A stretch of DNA of 64,000 nt from an uncultured Planctomycetia bacterium (GTDB lineage: Bacteria > Omnitrophota > Gorgyraeia > 2-01-FULL-45-10 > JAHFGN01), in the NCBI GenBank assembly GCA_964354545.1, contig CAYHAE010000005.1, positions 12,414-76,413 on the forward strand, given 5' to 3'. Shown one piece after another: positions 58,773 through 64,000 of the stretch. A program made the position numbers and the translations under genes. The notes under the pieces were generated by a model. It was not told the DNA's origin and did no database searches. It was given only the letters and a program-made list of their open reading frames with translations. Within the stretch, counting starts at the first letter, position 1. Every line of letters starts with the position of its first letter.

Positions 58773-59899
58773 AAGGACACAGGACAAAGGACACAAAGTC
58801 ACTAGGTCACCAAGTCACCACGTCACCAGGAGACAGGACACGACGAACATCCACCGTCCTCCTCACCGGCAACACGGGCTATATAGGGACCGTGATGACG
58901 GGGTGCTTACGGGAAGCGGGGTATAAGGTCGTGGGCCTCGACAGCGACTGGTTCAAAAGGAATACCCTTTTTCCGGTCCCTGAGGACTCGCGGCCAGATA
59001 CACAGATCGTATGCGATATCCGCGACGTGCGTGCCGAAGACCTCGATGGGATCGATTCCGTGATCCATCTCGCAGGGCTCTCCAATGACCCCCTCGGCGA
59101 GATCAACCCGCGGCTCACCGATGATATCAACCACAAGGCGACCATGAGGCTCGCGGAACTGTGCAGGGCACAAGGCATCGGGCGATTTTTGTTTGCGTCG
59201 TCATGCAGCATCTACGGAATAGCGCCTAAGGACGCACCGATAGACGAGAGCGGTGCGGTTAACCCTCTCACGGCATATGCGAAGGCGAAGGTCGACGCGG
59301 AGCGTGGTCTCGCACAGATGGCAGATGACGGTTTTCATCCCGTATTCATGCGTAACGCCACCGTCTATGGGCTCTCTCCGAGGCTCAGGCTCGACCTCGT
59401 CGTCAACAACCTCCTCGCGTGGGCGTACCTCATGGGCGAGATCGCGATCATGAGCGACGGCACGCCCTGGCGTCCGATCATCCACATTCAGGACTTCTGC
59501 GCGGCATTTATCGCGGCACTCGGGGCGCCGGTGGAGAAGGTCCAGGGCCAGGCATTCAACGTAGGCGTTGACGGCGAGAACTATCGGGTGAGGGAGATTG
59601 CCGAAGAGGTGAACAGGGCCCTGCCTCAGTCGACGATAAAGATATTGAATAAGACAGGGCCGGACGAAAGGACGTACAGGGTCGATTTCTCAAAGATCAA
59701 GACCGCGTTGCCCGGGTTCACACCACAGTGGGATCTCAAGAAGGGTATTGCTGAGCTCCTCGAGGCGTATCGACGGTATGGACTCACGCGCGAAGACTTC
59801 GAATCGGACAAGTACTTCCGCATCAAGGCGGTGAAGGCGCTGCGTGCGTCAGGAGAGCTGGATGAGGAGCTGGCGTGGACACACAAGGACACAAGGTAG
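58769..59899 (+). CDS. NAD-dependent epimerase/dehydratase (SNDPLG subfamily)
   Basis: LTGNTGYIG, HLAGLSNDPLG, YAKAK, RLRLDLVVNN, D.RTYRVDFSKI; N-terminus repeat-encoded. Confidence 0.83.
   Translation: MKGHRTKDTKSLGHQVTTSPGDRTRRTSTVLLTGNTGYIGTVMTGCLREAGYKVVGLDSDWFKRNTLFPVPEDSRPDTQIVCDIRDVRAEDLDGIDSVIHLAGLSNDPLGEINPRLTDDINHKATMRLAELCRAQGIGRFLFASSCSIYGIAPKDAPIDESGAVNPLTAYAKAKVDAERGLAQMADDGFHPVFMRNATVYGLSPRLRLDLVVNNLLAWAYLMGEIAIMSDGTPWRPIIHIQDFCAAFIAALGAPVEKVQGQAFNVGVDGENYRVREIAEEVNRALPQSTIKILNKTGPDERTYRVDFSKIKTALPGFTPQWDLKKGIAELLEAYRRYGLTREDFESDKYFRIKAVKALRASGELDEELAWTHKDTR
58774..58841 (+). repeat. Mixed 7/8-nt tandem repeats (AGGACAC, GTCACYAR) in the 5' end of a CDS; GGACAC recurs at 59877-59896
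   Basis: AGGACAC AGGACAA AGGACAC A AAGTCAC TAGGTCAC CAAGTCAC CACGTCAC CAGGAGAC AGGACAC. Confidence 0.8.
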
Positions 59900-59979
59900 A
59901 TCCTTCGCCCGCTAAAATGCTTCCATAAGGTCGCATTTTTTAACGCGGGCGCAGGATCACATTTGCTTCGCAAATGTGA
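59898..59979. repeat. REP-like bulged hairpin plus perfect 10-bp stem-loop abutting the next RBS
   Basis: GATCCTTCGCCCGC-TAAAATGC...GCATTTT...GCGGGCGCAGGATC; TCACATTTGC-TTC-GCAAATGTGA (59957-59979) followed by GGAGG. Confidence 0.65.
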
Positions 59980-59989
59980 GGAGGTTCAC

Positions 59990-60439
59990 ATGATAGACGG
60001 CGTAAAGGTGATACCGCTCAAAAAGATCTGCGACGAACGGGGGATGATCATGCATATGCTCAAGAGCTCCGACCCCCACTTCGAACAGTTCGGGGAGGTC
60101 TATTTTGCTACCGCCTATCCAGGCGTCGTGAAGGCGTGGCATGAGCACACGAAACAGGTCCAATTCTACGCGTGCATCGACGGCATGATCAAACTGGTCC
60201 TTTACGATGCCCGTGGCCACTCGCCGACAAAGGGTGAGCTTATGGAGCTCTTCATCGGCGATGACAATTACCAACTCGTCCGGATACCCACGGGGGTCAT
60301 CAATGGGTGGAAGAATATAGGGACGGAGACCGCGATCCTCGCGAACTGTACGACGCAACCTCATGATCCCGACGAGATGCAAAGATGTGACCCTCACAGC
60401 GATAAGGTGCCCTACGACTGGGCGAGGGTGGATAGATAA
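59990..60439 (+). CDS. RmlC-like cupin (NDP-4-keto-sugar 3,5-epimerase family)
   Basis: MIDGVKV, DERG, GVVKAWHEH, LVRIPTGV; RBS GAGGAGG. Confidence 0.8.
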   Translation: MIDGVKVIPLKKICDERGMIMHMLKSSDPHFEQFGEVYFATAYPGVVKAWHEHTKQVQFYACIDGMIKLVLYDARGHSPTKGELMELFIGDDNYQLVRIPTGVINGWKNIGTETAILANCTTQPHDPDEMQRCDPHSDKVPYDWARVDR

Positions 60440-60448
60440 TAAAATTCG

Positions 60449-60599
60449 TCCGCGAAGCGGATCCGCCTTCGACGGAAAATCCGAATATCGAAATCCGAAT
60501 ATTGAAACCTCAGAAATCGTTGCTACAAAAGCGCGGTTTCGAATTTAGGATTTCGAATTTAGGATTTGTTTAGGATTTCGGATTTCGAGTTTAGAATTT
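60449..60599. repeat. Twin small palindromes followed by an inverted array of 7-nt units (AAATCCG/AATATCG ... TTCGAAT/TTAGGAT/TTCGGAT)
   Basis: TCCGCGAAGCGGA TCCGCCTTCGACGGA, forward units from 60477, reverse units 60537-60599. Confidence 0.85.
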
Positions 60600-60617
60600 A
60601 TATTTAAAGGAGGCTCT

Positions 60618-61529
60618 GTGGCTCAAAATTCTACGAACGATGTGCTGGTGATTGGCGCGCAGGGCCTTATAGGCCGGCAGGTCGCGAATATCCTCACCGA
60701 ACACGGCGTGAGCTGGAAGGGCACGTTCTTCACGAGGCCCGCGGAAGGGCTCCTGAAATTGGATATCACCGATCCTGCCTCCGTGACGAAGGTCTTTACG
60801 GAAGTCCGGCCGAGGGCGGTGTTCCACTGCGCAAACCTTGCAGGTGGCGTCGATTTCTGCGAGACGAACCCGAAGAGGGCCACCGCATTCCACCTGAGCG
60901 CGACGAAGGAGATAGGGGCATGGTGCGTAAAGATTGGAGCGCCGCTCGTGTTCCTGTCGACCGATTACATATTTGACGGCATGCGGGGTCCCTATAAGGA
61001 AGACGACGCGACGAATCCCCTCAATTCGTACGGGGTCCTGAAATTCGAGGCCGAGAGGTTGATCCAGGCCAGCCTTACGTCGTTCATCATTGTGCGGACC
61101 ACGAACGTGTACGGATGGGACCCCGATACGAAGACGCCGAACTACATCATGGCGCTCTACAGGGCCCTCAAAGAAGGTAAACCCTTCAACGCCCCCTCGT
61201 ACCTGTGGGGGAATCCTACATACGTCGACGACCTCGCTCGCGCCGTTGTCGAGCTGTGGGAAGGCGGAGCGAACGGGATCTTTCATGTCGTGGGAGGCAG
61301 CTTCGTGAACAGGCACGAATGGGTGCTCGAGGCGTGCAGGGTTCTGGGGTTAGACGCCTCCCTCGCGAAAGAGATAAAATTCCCCTCGCCTAATATGGTC
61401 CAGCGGCCGATGAGGTCCTGGCTCAACCCCGAAAAATTCACATCGTCGTACAGGACCGTGCTGCATTCCATGGCCGAGGGCCTGGAACTCATGAAGGCGG
61501 ACATGCAAAACTCACAATATCCGGTTTGA
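60618..61529 (+). CDS. rfbD: RmlD-family NDP-4-keto-6-deoxysugar reductase
   Basis: IGAQGLIG, FLSTDYIFDG, PYKEDD..NPLNSYG..K, NPTYVDDLA; RBS AAGGAGG, GTG start. Confidence 0.8.
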   Translation: MAQNSTNDVLVIGAQGLIGRQVANILTEHGVSWKGTFFTRPAEGLLKLDITDPASVTKVFTEVRPRAVFHCANLAGGVDFCETNPKRATAFHLSATKEIGAWCVKIGAPLVFLSTDYIFDGMRGPYKEDDATNPLNSYGVLKFEAERLIQASLTSFIIVRTTNVYGWDPDTKTPNYIMALYRALKEGKPFNAPSYLWGNPTYVDDLARAVVELWEGGANGIFHVVGGSFVNRHEWVLEACRVLGLDASLAKEIKFPSPNMVQRPMRSWLNPEKFTSSYRTVLHSMAEGLELMKADMQNSQYPV

Positions 61530-61538
61530 TTATATGTT

Positions 61539-61628
61539 AAATCCGAAATCCGAATATCGAATTTGTATCGAGTTTCGGATTTAGAATTTCGGATTTGTTT
61601 CGTATTTCGGATTTCGTGTTTCGAATTT
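61539..61628. repeat. Second inverted array of the AAATCCG/AATATCG 7-nt family
   Basis: AAATCCG AAATCCG AATATCG AAT ... TTCGGAT TTAGAAT TTCGGAT TTG TTTCGTAT TTCGGAT TTCGTGT TTCGAAT. Confidence 0.85.
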
Positions 61629-61737
61629 AATCCCCTCCGCAGAAATCCCCGGGCTTTAAACCGGGGATGAATGCGAGCGATAATATTTCTTCTTCGGGGA
61701 GGGAGCTCTCGGGCCTAAAGGTCGGAGGGGCTCCACA
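61629..61737 (+). mobile_element. Hairpin MITE-like element copy 3 (shortest form)
   Basis: TCCCCTCCGCAGAAATCCCCGGGCTTTAAACCGGGG...TTCTTCGGGGAGGGAGCTCTCGGGCCTAAAGGTCGGAGGGGCTCCACA. Confidence 0.7.
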
Positions 61738-61738
61738 T

Positions 61739-62641
61739 ATGAATATGCCGCTATTTACCGTTATAATCTCGACCTATAACCGCCGGGACCTCCTCCCCCG
61801 CGCGATACGGAGCGTGCTCGGCCAGACGCTCGGGGACTTTGAGCTCCTCGTGATCGACAATGGGTCGACGGACGATACGCGCTCGGTCGTAGAGGATATC
61901 AAAGACCCGCGGATAAAGTACGTCCTCAGCCCGCACCCCACAGAATCGTGCGATGGGCCCAGGAACCTCGGCATCCAGACGGCGAGAGGGGCCTTCGTCG
62001 CGTTTCTCGATGACGATGATATCTGGTATCCGGAGAGGCTCGCGAAGGTCAAGAAGGCGTTCGACGAACATCCTGATGCGTCGTGCGTGTGCCACAACGA
62101 GATGAAGAACGTGAACGGCCGCATAGACGGCGTATTCCGGTACGGCCCCTGGACGGACGATCTCTACGACCGGCTGCTCTACGAGGGGAACTGCCTCTCT
62201 TCGTGCGGAACGACTATCAAGACCGACGTAGTGAGGCGGTTTGGCGGATTCGATACGAGGCGCGACTATACTGAGGTGGCAGATTTTGACCTCTGGATAC
62301 GTATGGCGGAGAAGGGCGTGAAGACCTTTTTTCTCGATGAGCCGCTTGGTGAATTTTTCCTCACAGAGAGGAATTGGAGCGTCGTGAGCCCCCGTTTCTG
62401 GGCAAAGCAGGCTCTCATGGTCCGGACGCACATCCTTCGCAGCGAGAAGAAGCCTTTTTTCATGGTCTCGAAGAAGGGCATGAGGAAGCTGTTCCAGCTC
62501 TATTTTATCACCGCGAGAGCATACATGCGCTCGAAACAGTATCTGGATGCCTTCCTGTGGTTTCTCAAGGCATCTCTCTTTCTCGTGAGGCGGCCGAGCC
62601 TCATCTTTAGTCCGCGTCCGAGGCCACGATATCATGCATAA
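61739..62641 (+). CDS. GT2 glycosyltransferase
   Basis: VIISTYNR, IDNGSTD, RNLGI, FLDDDD, DFDLWIR; start 61739 or 61745. Confidence 0.87.
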   Translation: MNMPLFTVIISTYNRRDLLPRAIRSVLGQTLGDFELLVIDNGSTDDTRSVVEDIKDPRIKYVLSPHPTESCDGPRNLGIQTARGAFVAFLDDDDIWYPERLAKVKKAFDEHPDASCVCHNEMKNVNGRIDGVFRYGPWTDDLYDRLLYEGNCLSSCGTTIKTDVVRRFGGFDTRRDYTEVADFDLWIRMAEKGVKTFFLDEPLGEFFLTERNWSVVSPRFWAKQALMVRTHILRSEKKPFFMVSKKGMRKLFQLYFITARAYMRSKQYLDAFLWFLKASLFLVRRPSLIFSPRPRPRYHA

Positions 62642-63797
62642 GAACTACCTCCCTATATACGATGACGGGCGATGTGTCCTCTTTGCCCTCGGCAGGAACG
62701 CGATGTATGCCGCCTGCCTCATGATGAAGCTCGGACAGGGCGACGAGGTCCTCACGCCCGCCTTCGATTGCGACGGCGCGTTACAGCCTTTCAGGGTCCT
62801 CGGCTGCGAGCTCCGCTTTTACCGCTCAGATCCGCATACCTTTTCTGTCGATATCGGGGATATCAAGAGGCGGATCACGCCGAGGACGAAACTGCTCCAC
62901 ATCGTCAACCACTTCGGGATGCCCCAGCCGTGGAATGACCTCGCGTGCCTGCGGAGGGAGACCGGCATCCCGATCCTGGAGGACAACGCATACTCTCTCT
63001 TTTCAAGGTTCCAAGACAAGGCGTTCGGGACGTTCGGGGACATGTCGATATTCTCGATTCGGAAGAATCTCCCCGTCATAGACGGCGGGCTCTTGCGCAT
63101 CAATAATCCCCGCTACGCGAACGAGGTACCGCGGAAGGACCCGAAGTGGATCTATCCGACGGAATGGGGTGCCGCCTTGAGAAGCGTGAAGTCGGTGTTC
63201 GGGGAGGGCTCCTTCGCGGCGCTGCTCAAGCGCGCAGCGCGGAGGTGTGACCCCGCGAGCGCGCCCCCGCCGCCGCTCTATTCTGACTCAAAGGACGGAT
63301 ATCCTGTCTGGCCTGCGCGCGACCGTGTCGGCAGGGACTTCTCGTGCGATTACGTGAGGCCCATGTCGAGATGGGCGAGGATGCAGCTGGAAAAGTTCTC
63401 GGAGAGCGATTACAGCGAAATAGCGGAGAAGAAGAGATGCTACTACGCGTTCTTCTCGAACCGGCTTAAAGATATAAAAGGGATACGTATCCTGTGGCCT
63501 GAACTCCCGGACGGCATCGTACCTTTTTGCCTGTCATGCATGGTCTCCCGCAAGAGGGACGTCCTGCTCGAGCAGCTCCGCCTGAGGTATGATGTCATGG
63601 CCTGGCCCACGCTCTCGAAACTTGTGCTCGACAGGCGTGAGGAGTTCCCCGAGGTAGGGCTTCTGGGGCGCACGCTCCTGCAGATCAATCTGCCCGTTGA
63701 CAGGGTCCGGTCGCCTGAGTTTGCGCGCCATGCGGGGCGCCTCGTCAGCGATATATATGCGTTCTCGGAGAAGCACCTTTCCCACTCATCCTCATGA
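62634..63797 (+). CDS. Divergent DegT-family PLP-dependent enzyme
   Basis: GRNAM, VNHFG, LEDNAYS, GDMSIFSIRKNLPVIDGG. Confidence 0.7.
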   Translation: MHKNYLPIYDDGRCVLFALGRNAMYAACLMMKLGQGDEVLTPAFDCDGALQPFRVLGCELRFYRSDPHTFSVDIGDIKRRITPRTKLLHIVNHFGMPQPWNDLACLRRETGIPILEDNAYSLFSRFQDKAFGTFGDMSIFSIRKNLPVIDGGLLRINNPRYANEVPRKDPKWIYPTEWGAALRSVKSVFGEGSFAALLKRAARRCDPASAPPPPLYSDSKDGYPVWPARDRVGRDFSCDYVRPMSRWARMQLEKFSESDYSEIAEKKRCYYAFFSNRLKDIKGIRILWPELPDGIVPFCLSCMVSRKRDVLLEQLRLRYDVMAWPTLSKLVLDRREEFPEVGLLGRTLLQINLPVDRVRSPEFARHAGRLVSDIYAFSEKHLSHSSS

Positions 63798-63810
63798 GGG
63801 GCATACGCTC

Positions 63811-64000
63811 ATGGAATCACGTTGGATAGAAGAGATCCGGTCCTTTAAGGATATCGCGCGCGAATGGGACGAGGCGGTCTTCCGCGCATGGGACGAAAAC
63901 CCTTTTTTGCTCTCGGATTTTATCATTACGTGGTGGGGCCGTTTTTACGAGAAGGCCGAACTGCGGATACTGGTCGTCTATGATGAAGGGAAGATCGCGG
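63811..64000 (+). CDS. 3'-truncated CelD/BcsL-like GNAT-family protein
   Basis: Own translation: MESRWIEEIRSFKDIAREWDEAVFRAWDENPFLLSDFIITWWGRFYEKAELRILVVYDEGKIA; open to the window end. Confidence 0.55.
   Translation, partial: MESRWIEEIRSFKDIAREWDEAVFRAWDENPFLLSDFIITWWGRFYEKAELRILVVYDEGKIA

Noticed and set aside
33496-61628. Tandem arrays as possible CRISPR arrays
   Set aside because: Units are 7-10 nt with no unique spacers, and no cas genes are present

Overview
The whole 64 kb is part of one very large surface-glycan biosynthesis and modification locus. About 55 genes all lie on the + strand, many coupled by ATGA/GTGA stop-start overlaps, and both ends run out of the window. The host is probably a diderm anaerobe; the gene mix is reminiscent of Omnitrophota/PVC or Desulfobacterota, but that is inference only. 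Contents: (i) a GbsR-type regulator with a consensus sigma70 promoter and palindromic operator, followed by a SsuABC-type importer and cysC-sat-cysQ (PAPS supply with no reduction genes), plus a sulfotransferase further downstream; (ii) a legionaminic-acid-type pathway with extra amidotransferase, oxidoreductase, aminotransferase and GNAT genes; (iii) two further sugar modules built on cytidylyltransferases but lacking a NeuB/KdsA synthase, one containing a HpcH-type pyruvate aldolase; (iv) five cobalamin-binding-type radical SAM and two radical SAM/SPASM enzymes; (v) three large orphan GT-B-like proteins, one closing each module; (vi) a PglK/MsbA-like flippase, a GtrB-like/GT-C pair and CDP-sugar genes. 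Non-coding structure is rich: three copies of a hairpin MITE-like element (one with nested REPs) and several 7-10-nt tandem-repeat arrays arranged as inverted arms, often at module junctions. No rRNA, tRNA, CRISPR array, transposase or integrase was seen. All assignments come from reading motifs by eye; no database searches were run.
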